DNA from: Bacilli bacterium
Lineage (GTDB): Bacteria; Bacillota_I; Bacilli_A; RFN20; CAG-826
Length of the DNA stretch: 64,000 bases
Reading direction: 5' to 3'
Assembly (NCBI GenBank): GCA_022653695.1
Contig: JALCSW010000002.1
Location: 342,605 to 406,604, forward strand
Below, in pieces: positions 26,087 through 34,810 of the stretch. Numbering within the stretch: the stretch's first letter is position 1; every line of letters begins with the position of its first letter. The translations under genes were made by a program, and so were the position numbers. The notes under the pieces are model-generated. The model made no database searches and had not been told where the DNA came from. It was given only the letters and a program-made list of their open reading frames with translations.

Positions 26087-26116
26087 ATTTTAGCGCGCCT
26101 GAACCCCTTTTGCCAA
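26087..26116 (-). promoter_or_regulatory. Promoter for the pncA-pfp(-atp) string, near-leaderless geometry
   Basis: Minus strand: TTGGCA (26116-26111), 18 nt, TAAAAT (26092-26087). The ATG at 26077 is only 9 nt downstream, with no SD. Confidence 0.45.
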
Positions 26117-26165
26117 ACACATTAGGACCCTGAATATTTGATGGCGGATCCGAACGTGAAAGCGC

Positions 26166-26193
26166 TTGCAATGGGGGCGATACCTGCTAGAAT
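26166..26193 (+). promoter_or_regulatory. Promoter for the uridine-kinase-like gene
   Basis: TTGCAA (26166-26171), 16 nt, TAGAAT (26188-26193), with TG at 26185-26186. The ~70-nt leader has an imperfect hairpin (AACGCGACCC...GGGGTTCGCGTT) and a GAGGAG RBS. Confidence 0.5.
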
Positions 26194-26268
26194 AATCCAA
26201 CGCGACCCGTTGGCTTATGGGGTTCGCGTTTCGTTAATCGGGGAATTGGGAAAAGAGGAGAAGGAAAA

Positions 26269-27918
26269 ATGTCATTTACCGTCAAATTCAATGGAAAAAC
26301 GGGGACTTTCGAGAAAAAAGTCGCCTTGCTGGACCTTATCAAGGACGCTCCCAACTGCCGCGATTTCATCTGCGCCAAAGTCAATAACCGCGTCCGCGAA
26401 CTGACCTACGAAGTTTATTATGACGCCGACGTCGAGTTTCTGACGCTCGCCGACCACGATGCCGTCAAGGTCTATGAGGCCTCGCTCCGCTACGTCGTGG
26501 CGATGGCCTTCGCCCGCTGCTACCCCAAACTGCACGTCCGCTTCGCCTACAACGTCTCGCGTTGCGTGTCGATCCATCTCCTCGATCCGAACGCCGTCGG
26601 CGACACCGCGATGCTAATAAAACTCAACAAGGAACTCGAGAAAATCGTCGCCGCCGATTTTCCGCTGAAACGCGAGATCGTCCCCGACGAGAAAGCCTAC
26701 GAAATCTATGAGGAGTGCAATTTCCCCGACAAGACCGCCATCCTTAAATACCGCCCCGAGAAAACCGTCCACTTCTATGAGTGCGACGGCTACCTCAACT
26801 ACATGTTCAGCCACATGGTCCCCTCGACCGGGTACCTGAAGTCCTATAAGCTCCGCCTGTACGCGCCGGGCTTTCTGCTCCAATATCCGCGGAGCGAGAC
26901 TGGCGGCGAGATCCCGCCTTTCGAGGACGCCCCCACTTTCGGGCGCACCCTCAAGGAATCCCATGACTGGGCCAAGGTCGTCGGCGTCGACACGGTCGCC
27001 CGCATCAACCAGGAAATCGAGCAGGCCGGCGAAGTCGAGTTCATCAACATCTGCGAGGACCGCCACAACCGCATGCTCGCCGAACTGGGCGAACTGATCG
27101 AGGATGGCATCGACAACATCCGCCTCGTCTGCGTCGCCGGACCCTCGAGCTCCGGCAAGACGACGTTCGCCAACCGCCTGCGGATCGAGTTGCTGAGCCG
27201 CGGCATTCGGCCGATCCGCATCTCGATCGACGATTATTACAAACCGAAGGGCGAAGCGCCCCTCGGCGAAGACGGAAAGCCAGACCTCGAGAGCATAAAC
27301 GCCCTCGATATCGAGTATTTCAACCAAAACATGCTCGATCTCATCAACGGAAAGGAGACCGAACTCCCGAAGTTCGATTTCGCGTTGGGTCACCGCGTCT
27401 TCGGCCGCAAGGTCAAAATCGGCAAGGACGAACCGATCATCGTCGAAGGCATCCACGCCCTCAACGACAAGCTGACCGCCTCCATCCCGAAAAACAGCAA
27501 GTTCAAAATCTTCATCTCACCGCAGGCCCAAGTCAATCTCGACGACCATAACCCGATGAGTTTGACGGACCTTCGTCTGCTCCGGCGGATGGTGCGCGAC
27601 AAAAAGTTCCGCGGCGCCCCCGCCGAGGAAACCCTCAGCATGTGGCCGAAGGTCCGCGCGGGCGAGTTCAAATGGATTTACAGCACCCAAGAGGGCGCCG
27701 ATTACGTCTTCAATTCGTTCCTTCCTTATGAGTTGCCGGTCATGAAGAAATACGCGATGCCGTTACTGGGAGCCATCGATCGGGATTCGCCGTATTTCCC
27801 CGATGCCGAACGCCTCATGCGGCTCTTGAAGTTCTTCGTTGACATGCCAGATGAGTGGGTGCCGTGCAATTCCCTCATGCGAGAGTTCATTGGCGGTTCC
27901 TGCTACGCGGACGTCTGA
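26269..27918 (+). CDS. Uridine/nucleoside-kinase-family protein with an N-terminal TGS/ThrRS-like domain
   Basis: 549 aa. P-loop GPSSSGKTTFANRL sits in the C-terminal PRK/Udk-like half. The N-terminal ~250 aa resemble the TGS plus second-additional-domain arrangement seen fused to Udk in Bacillota. Confidence 0.75.
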   Translation: MSFTVKFNGKTGTFEKKVALLDLIKDAPNCRDFICAKVNNRVRELTYEVYYDADVEFLTLADHDAVKVYEASLRYVVAMAFARCYPKLHVRFAYNVSRCVSIHLLDPNAVGDTAMLIKLNKELEKIVAADFPLKREIVPDEKAYEIYEECNFPDKTAILKYRPEKTVHFYECDGYLNYMFSHMVPSTGYLKSYKLRLYAPGFLLQYPRSETGGEIPPFEDAPTFGRTLKESHDWAKVVGVDTVARINQEIEQAGEVEFINICEDRHNRMLAELGELIEDGIDNIRLVCVAGPSSSGKTTFANRLRIELLSRGIRPIRISIDDYYKPKGEAPLGEDGKPDLESINALDIEYFNQNMLDLINGKETELPKFDFALGHRVFGRKVKIGKDEPIIVEGIHALNDKLTASIPKNSKFKIFISPQAQVNLDDHNPMSLTDLRLLRRMVRDKKFRGAPAEETLSMWPKVRAGEFKWIYSTQEGADYVFNSFLPYELPVMKKYAMPLLGAIDRDSPYFPDAERLMRLLKFFVDMPDEWVPCNSLMREFIGGSCYADV

Positions 27919-27946
27919 TTCCTTTCCGAGGGATCGCCCGGCATTA

Positions 27947-27991
27947 CGGGGCTTTTGCCCCGAGGCCGGGCTTTCTTTTTCGCCGAAAAAG
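27947..27991 (+). terminator. Two stacked hairpins downstream of the udk-like gene (possible terminator)
   Basis: CGGGGC-TTTT-GCCCCG (27947-27962), then CTTTTTC-GCC-GAAAAAG (27975-27991) with a T-rich stretch between them. No clean U-tract follows the GC stem. Confidence 0.35.
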
Positions 27992-28192
27992 GGCCACGAA
28001 AGAGAAGGCCGATCAGGCGGGAGGCCAAAAAGGGGGACGGCGAAAGAAAACGGCTCTTGAAGAACCCGTTTTTGCCATAGCGGGTTCCTCGGCTCGCAAA
28101 GCGCGAAGACGCTATCCACGGGCGAGGCCTCCCTTGATGAGGGTCCATAGCGAAAAAGATCCTAACTCTTCTTTTCGTTCGGGTTTTGAGGA

Positions 28193-29344
28193 TTACGCCT
28201 GGCTTTTCGCGGCTTCGCTTTTCTTTTTGGAGGCGGAAGTGAGGTCAGCCAAACGCTTTTTCTCGTACGCGTAGACCGCCATGAGCTCGCCGAAATAAAG
28301 TTGCCGCATCGCGATGTACTGCTTCTGCTCAGCCTCAGGAACGGTCGACAGGTAAATCGAACTGAAGATTTTCTCGAGGCGGAAGAAGGACTCGTAGAGA
28401 TTGATCATGCTGACGAGGTAGAAATAGTTCTTGCGGGAATAGATGAGCAAAGCGGAACTGTGGGCGATCTCGCTCGACATCTCATAGACTTTCGAGTAAT
28501 TCGTGAGACCCGCCATGCGCTCGACGCCGTCGCGGAAATTGAACTTGAAACCCTCCGTCGAGGCGTAATCCTTGGCCCCGGTGAGCCAGCCGTACTCGAT
28601 GAAGCGCTTCATGTCCTTGCTCTTGAGGCCGAGCGAGCGCATCTCCCCCTTGATTTGGACGAAGACCGCGTCGGTTTCCTCTTTGCTGGGCAAACCGCCG
28701 CGGAAAGCCAAGGCGTAGGTGAGGTGCTTCAGGTATTCGTCGATGACGGGCTTGCCGTATTTGACGATGACCGCCAAGATGCATTCGTTCTCGTGGAGGG
28801 TCCGCCAAGTGGAGAAGGCCTCCGTCTCGAAACCCGAGGTGAGAAGGTCCACCATGCATTCGGACATGGAGAAGGCTTTGCTGATGATGTCCACCACCAG
28901 CGTCTCCTTGGGATCGCCCCGTTTGTAACGGGACAGCATCCCCTGAATGAAATTGAGGTAAATGGATATCGTCGAGATCTCGGGAAGGAAACGGGAGGCG
29001 AAACGGCCGTTCTTGTAGGCCAAGTGCTCGTTCGTGAAATACTTGTCGAGCGCCACCGAGATGGTCAGTTGGACGTATTTGTCGTCCTTGACGATGTCGG
29101 CCTCTTTCTTGTCGGGGTGCATCATGAGGTAAAAGGAATGCTCATTGACGAGATAGAGGACGAGCTGCGTCGAGTTGATCGGCATCGCCGCGAGGGCCCC
29201 GTAGGCTTTCTTGAGCTCCTGCGAGCCTTCCATCGCGGCGAGGTAGGCATCGTAAAGGAAATCGCGCGAAAGGTTCTCGGGGACCCGAAGCCCCTTCAGA
29301 ACGTCAAGAAACTGCCCTTTCGTGAAAATCGTTTCGCTTGCCAT
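28193..29344 (-). CDS. Hypothetical protein (383 aa), last gene of the addB-addA string
   Basis: Uninterrupted ORF starting 4 nt after the addA stop. Predicted helical and soluble, with a basic C-terminal tail (SASKKKSEAAKSQA). No motif I can assign. Confidence 0.6.
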   Translation of the reverse strand: MASETIFTKGQFLDVLKGLRVPENLSRDFLYDAYLAAMEGSQELKKAYGALAAMPINSTQLVLYLVNEHSFYLMMHPDKKEADIVKDDKYVQLTISVALDKYFTNEHLAYKNGRFASRFLPEISTISIYLNFIQGMLSRYKRGDPKETLVVDIISKAFSMSECMVDLLTSGFETEAFSTWRTLHENECILAVIVKYGKPVIDEYLKHLTYALAFRGGLPSKEETDAVFVQIKGEMRSLGLKSKDMKRFIEYGWLTGAKDYASTEGFKFNFRDGVERMAGLTNYSKVYEMSSEIAHSSALLIYSRKNYFYLVSMINLYESFFRLEKIFSSIYLSTVPEAEQKQYIAMRQLYFGELMAVYAYEKKRLADLTSASKKKSEAAKSQA

Positions 29345-29348
29345 GGCT

Positions 29349-32300
29349 TCATTGTAGCGCGCGGAGGCGAGCCTGTCCCAAAGAAAGGAGGTATTTCTCC
29401 ACGGGAAGGCCCGTGACTTTGCGGACGTAGGAAGCGTAGGCCTCCACCTGCCTCGCGTAGGCCGGATCGTCGATGGAACGGCTCTTGTAGTCGACGATCA
29501 CCGCTTTCATGGGATAAAGGATCAGCAAATCGATGGACCCATGCGCGTTTTCCTCAGGGTCGAAATAGGCGTATTCGTGAAAAACCTCGGCATCCGAAAG
29601 ATCGGCGAAGATGGGCAGCCGAAGAACTTTTTCGATCAGGTTGCGTTCCTTTTCGTCTTTGATCCAACCGACGTCCTTGCTCTTAAAATCGGTGAGTTCC
29701 ATGTCGCGATGGAGGCGCGTGCCATAGGCGAGGGCCGCCTCGTCGGGGAGCTCGAGCGAGCGCTTGCTCGGACGGACGTGAGCGGACGCAACGGGTTTTT
29801 CCTCCACGCGGCGGAACGGGAAAGAGTTTTTCCTGGAAGTCTCTTGCCCCGCGATCTTCGACAGCGGGACGACTTCCTTTTCCTTGCGCGTCCCAAAGCG
29901 CGACAAAGACAGGAAATCAAGAAGGCATGAGGGGCTTTCAAGGCCTTCGATGGGCTCTTTCCTGTCGGTTGGGGCAAGCAGAATCAGTTTCTCCTGCGCC
30001 CGGGTGAGGGCGACGTAATAGAGACGCAACTCCTCGCTCGTGTGGGCGGCGATCTCCTCCTCGCGGAGCAGGACGTGGAAGATGTTTTGGGGCTCTCCCC
30101 CGTCGAGCAGCGGGATCACGAGGCCCCGTTTCCCCGACGAAAGATAGGCTCCCTTGAAGTCGCCGAAATTGAACCGCTTCCCTTCGCCGGGGACGTAGAC
30201 GATCTTGTATTCAAGGCCCTTGGAGCTATGGATCGACATGAGCGAAACCGCGGAGGGCGAGGAAACCGCGCTCTCGAGCGGCATCTTGACCTCGTAATCC
30301 TTAAGGCGGTCGAAATAGGCGTCGAAATCCCGAAGGCTCAGGCCGAACCGGTCGAGGGAAGAGGCCAGTTTGACGAACCCCTGCAGTTCCGCGTAACCGT
30401 CCTTGACGTCGGTGAGGGTCCTCAGTTTGTCGACGAAACCGAACTCGTCGATGATCCATTCGGTCAATTCGCTTAGGGAAGCGTTCCCGCTTTCCTTTTT
30501 TTTCGCGCGGATGGTCTCAAAGAGGGGGCTCTTCAGGTATTTCTTGCTCGTGAGGTCATCGTAGAGGTCGGGGTCCTTCCGCCCATAGAGGAAACTCCGC
30601 ATGAGGGAAAGATAGCCGTGCTCGTTGCTGGCCTCGCGTCCCGGCTCATCGAGATGGGCCAGCAAAGAGACAAGGCGTCGGAAAACCATGGTTATGTCAA
30701 GCGAGGAGGCGTCGTCCGTGGAATCGGCCTCAAGCGGGATGCCCGCCTCAAGGAAAACCTTCCGATAAACGTCGAAATTGCCTTTCGTGATGTCCAAGAT
30801 GGCGAAATCGCCCCAGTTCGCGGGTCCTAAGCAAGCGGGTTTCCCGCGCGGGGTTCTCAAAACCTCATAGCCGCCCTTCACCTTCTCGAGGATATCCTCG
30901 GCTATAAGGCGCGCTTCGGCCTCAGCCCCCGACATCTCCTTCGGCTTCTCGTAGGAATATATTTCCAGATGGTGGTCCTCATCCCCGGAAACCTCATAGG
31001 CCTTGTTGCCGTAGACGAGCGATTGGCGGTTCCGATAATCGATCCCGCCGAGTTCCTTCCTCATGATGGGGCTGAAGATGGCGTTGATATCCTCAAGGAC
31101 CTCTTTCCGGCTCCGGAAATTCTCCGCCAAGGTGATGAGGGTCCCGCCATCATGGCGCTCATAACGCTCGCGCTTGGAGGAGAAAAGGGTCGGGTTGGCG
31201 TTCCGGAAAAGATAGATCGATTGCTTGATGTCCCCGACGGCGAAGACGTTCGTTCCGCCCGAAAGGGCGTCGATGAAGGATTCCTGAAGGTCAGACGTGT
31301 CCTGATATTCGTCGATCATGACGTAATGGTATTTCCGGCGCAGCTCCGAAAGGGGGCCGGGCAAAGAAACGATCTTTCGCGCCATGGTGGCGATGTCGGC
31401 GAAGCCGTACATGCCCGCCTCTTTTTTCCGCGAGGAAAGGCGCCGCTCGAGCTCGGAGGCGGCCCCGACGAAAGCGTCCACATACGGTTTCGTCAAAAGA
31501 TAACGGTCCTTGATTTCCTGGCGGCTCCCCGCCGCGTTTGCGTAGCCAAGAAGTTCCTTGTAACGCTTCGCGATGGCGGTATGGGTGGTTTTGTCGTTAT
31601 CTATGGAATCGTTCTTCTTGACCAGAATTTTTCTTGGAAAAGGCGCGGCCTCACGGAAGGCTTTGACGAAAGCGTCGAAGCCTTCGTTTCCTAGAATCGC
31701 CTGGATGAAGGCGGTCTCCACCTCGCTTTGCCCGGGGTTCTCATAATGGGCTTTCCCCGCCTCCGAAAGGGCCCTCAATCCATCGCGGAGCAGTTTCTCG
31801 AACTCCGCGGTGGCTTCGTCGATATAGGAATCGGAGAAATAGCGGCCGTCATAATGGGCGTAAAAGCCCATCTTGTCGCTTTGCCGGTCTCCGAGCGAGT
31901 CAAGCGAAAGGACGGCTTCGCGAACGTGGTCGTCATTCTTCACGCAGGCAAGCTTCGCGAAAGCGGAAATCGGGTTGTCGCCCCGCTCGTAATACTCGTC
32001 AAGGATTTCGTCAAGCAGACGATTCTTCTCCACCGCGAAAACGGAATCGTCGACGATATCGGGCTTTTCGTTGACCCCGATGTCGTAATGGTAACGGGAC
32101 ACGAGTTGGTGGGCAAAGGCGTCGAAGGTCATGATGGAAGCCCCTTCGACCGCGCCCGAAAGATGCCGCAAAGCGGGATCGGAGAGGATCTTCTTGCGGA
32201 CCTTGTCCTTCATTTCGGCGGCGGCTTTGTCGGTGAAAGTGAGGACCAGAAGGCTATCGAGGCCCGCCCCCTTGCCGGGGTCTTCCTCGTGGTCTTTCAC

Positions 32301-32426
32301 GAGGCGGAACACCCGTTCGGTCAAAACGGCGGTCTTGCCGCTTCCGGCGCCGGCGGCGACGAGGAAGTTGCCTTCCCCGGCCTCGATGGCGGCACGTTGG
32401 GAGGCGGTCCATTTCGGGGCGCTCAT
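29349..32426 (-). CDS. addA: ATP-dependent helicase/nuclease AddA (UvrD/PcrA-like plus C-terminal PD-(D/E)xK nuclease)
   Basis: Walker A AGAGSGKT, DEYQDT, the helicase motif VALTRA, and C-terminal nuclease GSIDLLILY...VIVDYKS. ATGA overlap with the addB stop. Confidence 0.9.
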   Translation of the reverse strand: MSAPKWTASQRAAIEAGEGNFLVAAGAGSGKTAVLTERVFRLVKDHEEDPGKGAGLDSLLVLTFTDKAAAEMKDKVRKKILSDPALRHLSGAVEGASIMTFDAFAHQLVSRYHYDIGVNEKPDIVDDSVFAVEKNRLLDEILDEYYERGDNPISAFAKLACVKNDDHVREAVLSLDSLGDRQSDKMGFYAHYDGRYFSDSYIDEATAEFEKLLRDGLRALSEAGKAHYENPGQSEVETAFIQAILGNEGFDAFVKAFREAAPFPRKILVKKNDSIDNDKTTHTAIAKRYKELLGYANAAGSRQEIKDRYLLTKPYVDAFVGAASELERRLSSRKKEAGMYGFADIATMARKIVSLPGPLSELRRKYHYVMIDEYQDTSDLQESFIDALSGGTNVFAVGDIKQSIYLFRNANPTLFSSKRERYERHDGGTLITLAENFRSRKEVLEDINAIFSPIMRKELGGIDYRNRQSLVYGNKAYEVSGDEDHHLEIYSYEKPKEMSGAEAEARLIAEDILEKVKGGYEVLRTPRGKPACLGPANWGDFAILDITKGNFDVYRKVFLEAGIPLEADSTDDASSLDITMVFRRLVSLLAHLDEPGREASNEHGYLSLMRSFLYGRKDPDLYDDLTSKKYLKSPLFETIRAKKKESGNASLSELTEWIIDEFGFVDKLRTLTDVKDGYAELQGFVKLASSLDRFGLSLRDFDAYFDRLKDYEVKMPLESAVSSPSAVSLMSIHSSKGLEYKIVYVPGEGKRFNFGDFKGAYLSSGKRGLVIPLLDGGEPQNIFHVLLREEEIAAHTSEELRLYYVALTRAQEKLILLAPTDRKEPIEGLESPSCLLDFLSLSRFGTRKEKEVVPLSKIAGQETSRKNSFPFRRVEEKPVASAHVRPSKRSLELPDEAALAYGTRLHRDMELTDFKSKDVGWIKDEKERNLIEKVLRLPIFADLSDAEVFHEYAYFDPEENAHGSIDLLILYPMKAVIVDYKSRSIDDPAYARQVEAYASYVRKVTGLPVEKYLLSLGQARLRALQ

Positions 32427-34783
32427 TTTCTCTCCTCCGGTTTCTTTTTCTCCGGCTTTTTAAGGCGAACGTAATCTTCCTCTTTGCGGAAGCACACGTC
32501 GCGATAGGGACAATACTCGCAGGCGTCCACTTCGCCTTCCACCTTCTTCGGGGCGATTTGGAATTCGGAGCGGCGGATCTTCGCGTCGCTGTCGAGCAGC
32601 CTCTTCTTCGCCTCAAGCCCGAAGGCGTTCAGTTCCTCGGCGCTCTTATGGGTCGAGCCGTTCGCGTTCGAGCGGCACGAGAAGCCTTTCTCCGGCGCGT
32701 AAGAGTACCCTTTGATGTAGTCGTTTCCGACGAACAAAGGGTCAAGACTCCTGAGGGCGGACGGATCGGCGAGGAAAACGCCGCGAAGAGGGAACGTCCC
32801 GTTCGCGAAATCCTCCTTCTCCCCGCGCTTATCCGCGGGACCGCCGGGCAGGATGTCGGCGATGAACAATCCCAGCAAGGGTCGCTTCGAGAAGTCGGGA
32901 TCGATCGAGCAGGCGTAGGCGTAGAAAGGCAGCTGCAGCGAAAAACCAAGCGGAACGAGGGCCTGGTTCAGGTATTGCCTGTCCGAGGTTTTGTAATCGA
33001 GGAGGGTGAGATAGCCTCGCTCCCCCGTCTCAATGGCGAGGTCGATGCGGCCGTTGATGCCAACAAGGGGGCGATCGGGCACGGTGGCCCGAAAGGTTTT
33101 CTCGGGGGCGAAGGAGGGGCGCTCCATTTGCTCAAAATGGCTTCGATGGAACTTGACCGCCTCTAGGCAATAAGGCTTGTCGCCCTCCAAAAGGGTCCTT
33201 TCCATCGCGGAGAAAGGGTTGCTCGCCGCCTCGGAAGCCACGGACGCCGCCCAGGAGGCCTCGAAATCGAATCCAGGCTCGATAGCCGCCTCCATGACCG
33301 CGTGGAAGACGTTGCCTAAGGAACTTGCGAAGGAAGGGGCGCGGTCGTTCAATCCCAAGACCCGCTCAAGATAGTAACGAAACGGGCATTCGAGGAAACT
33401 TTTCAAAGCGGAATAGGAGTAGGAGCGGGGCGCTGAGGGATCGACCGAAGCGAAAGGCGTGAAACCCGAACGATAGGTGTCATAGGTCGCCGTAACGCTG
33501 CCCGCCAAATAGGCAAGCGAGGGGTCCTCATAAAGGTATTTTCGCTTTTTATCGAGAAGGGAGCAAAGATAAAAGGCGCCTTTTTGCGAGGAATATTCGT
33601 AGGGCGATTCCTCGTTGAAAACGATTTCGTAACCCTCTTCCCGCGTGAAAGAGGCGGGCAAAAAGAAACTCTTCTCGTAACGTTCGTGAAGGGAAAGGAA
33701 GCGAACCTGCGGACCTTTGAGGAGGGCGGACAGTTCGGCGAGCCGCTCGCGGTTAAGGACCGAGGAGACGGGGAGGCCCGCCTCTTTCTTCTCCGCGTCG
33801 CTCAGGAAGTCGCTGTCGCGATAGGACTTCGGGTAAACCCCGAGGGCGCAGTTGACGAGATAGAGGTGAGCCCCCGGCCGCGGATAATAGGAGGCCTGAA
33901 GATGGACGAGGTTGGAAAGCGCGGCCGTTTTGGGAAGTGAGGCCCGGGCGATTTCCTCGTATAGCGAAACGCCATCCCCCCGCACCCCCGCGAAACGCGT
34001 GGCGAACCGGCGGATGGTCTCGAGGTCGGGGTCCAGGGGGAAAGAGGCGCCCAAGCGGTCCAAAGCCCCTTGAAGGGTCCCCTCCTTCAGAAATTCCTTA
34101 AAAGCCCGGAAGATCGGACGGTCATAAAGGCGGCCTGCGCCTTTCCTTTCTACGGCCACCCCGTAATAGCGGCCATAGTCGCGGAAGAGGGGGAAATACG
34201 ACTCGTCGGCCCCGAGGATATAAATGTCGTCGGGGCGCGTTCCGCTTTCGACGTCGTGGCAAATCTCGTTGAAAAGGCGCCGCGTTTCGTCGAAGACATC
34301 CTCGTATTCGCGGACCTTCCGCGTCACTTGGTTCGCCCGTTCCGGCGGCAGAATATGGGGCTTTCGCGCGGAAAATCCCCGCAAAAGCCGCTCAATCCGT
34401 TCCGTGTCGGCGTATCCATAGACATAAATCTCGCGGTTAAGGAAAGCCCGTTCCGGCGAACCACGGAGCCAAATGAGGCCCTCTTCGACGAGTTCGTCGC
34501 GGAGTGCAACCAGCCCGTTCAGTTTGGGGGAGGCGTAAGATGGGGCCCTAAGTTTCGAGAGCCACTTCAATTCGTCTTTGGCGAGGGAATAGCCATGCCC
34601 TTTCTTAAGAAGGGAAACGAGGGCCCGATCGTCGTACTGGTAAGCCAGCAAACCTTCCAAATCCTCGCGGCTATAGAGAGAGAAATCCTTATGGGGATCT
34701 CGGCGCCGGAACGAAAGGAAAAGATCCTTGCTCTCCTCGGGGCAAACGACGACACAATGGTTTACGAAGGTTTCCACGTCCAT
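32423..34783 (-). CDS. addB: AddB-like nuclease subunit (short form, no Walker A)
   Basis: C-terminal RecB-type nuclease GRIDLAIE...LLDYKTS. Fe-S cysteines FLECPFRYY plus CEYCPYRDVC (C...CxxCxxxxxC). 786 aa, with no GxGKT in the N-terminal half. Confidence 0.8.
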   Translation of the reverse strand: MDVETFVNHCVVVCPEESKDLFLSFRRRDPHKDFSLYSREDLEGLLAYQYDDRALVSLLKKGHGYSLAKDELKWLSKLRAPSYASPKLNGLVALRDELVEEGLIWLRGSPERAFLNREIYVYGYADTERIERLLRGFSARKPHILPPERANQVTRKVREYEDVFDETRRLFNEICHDVESGTRPDDIYILGADESYFPLFRDYGRYYGVAVERKGAGRLYDRPIFRAFKEFLKEGTLQGALDRLGASFPLDPDLETIRRFATRFAGVRGDGVSLYEEIARASLPKTAALSNLVHLQASYYPRPGAHLYLVNCALGVYPKSYRDSDFLSDAEKKEAGLPVSSVLNRERLAELSALLKGPQVRFLSLHERYEKSFFLPASFTREEGYEIVFNEESPYEYSSQKGAFYLCSLLDKKRKYLYEDPSLAYLAGSVTATYDTYRSGFTPFASVDPSAPRSYSYSALKSFLECPFRYYLERVLGLNDRAPSFASSLGNVFHAVMEAAIEPGFDFEASWAASVASEAASNPFSAMERTLLEGDKPYCLEAVKFHRSHFEQMERPSFAPEKTFRATVPDRPLVGINGRIDLAIETGERGYLTLLDYKTSDRQYLNQALVPLGFSLQLPFYAYACSIDPDFSKRPLLGLFIADILPGGPADKRGEKEDFANGTFPLRGVFLADPSALRSLDPLFVGNDYIKGYSYAPEKGFSCRSNANGSTHKSAEELNAFGLEAKKRLLDSDAKIRRSEFQIAPKKVEGEVDACEYCPYRDVCFRKEEDYVRLKKPEKKKPEERK

Positions 34784-34810
34784 TTTAACCGTTTTCTTTT
34801 TCGCGAAAGG

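Noticed and set aside
27919-28192. Assigning the spacer to a known RNA family (SRP, 6S, tmRNA, RNase P).
   Set aside because: None of the conserved consensus elements I know for these RNAs could be located. It is left as unexplained structured DNA.
27855-28274. A 139-aa ORF (and 27763-28119 on the other strand) spanning the large spacer.
   Set aside because: It overlaps the ends of both flanking real genes, is an Arg-rich nonsense-like sequence, and has no RBS or promoter.
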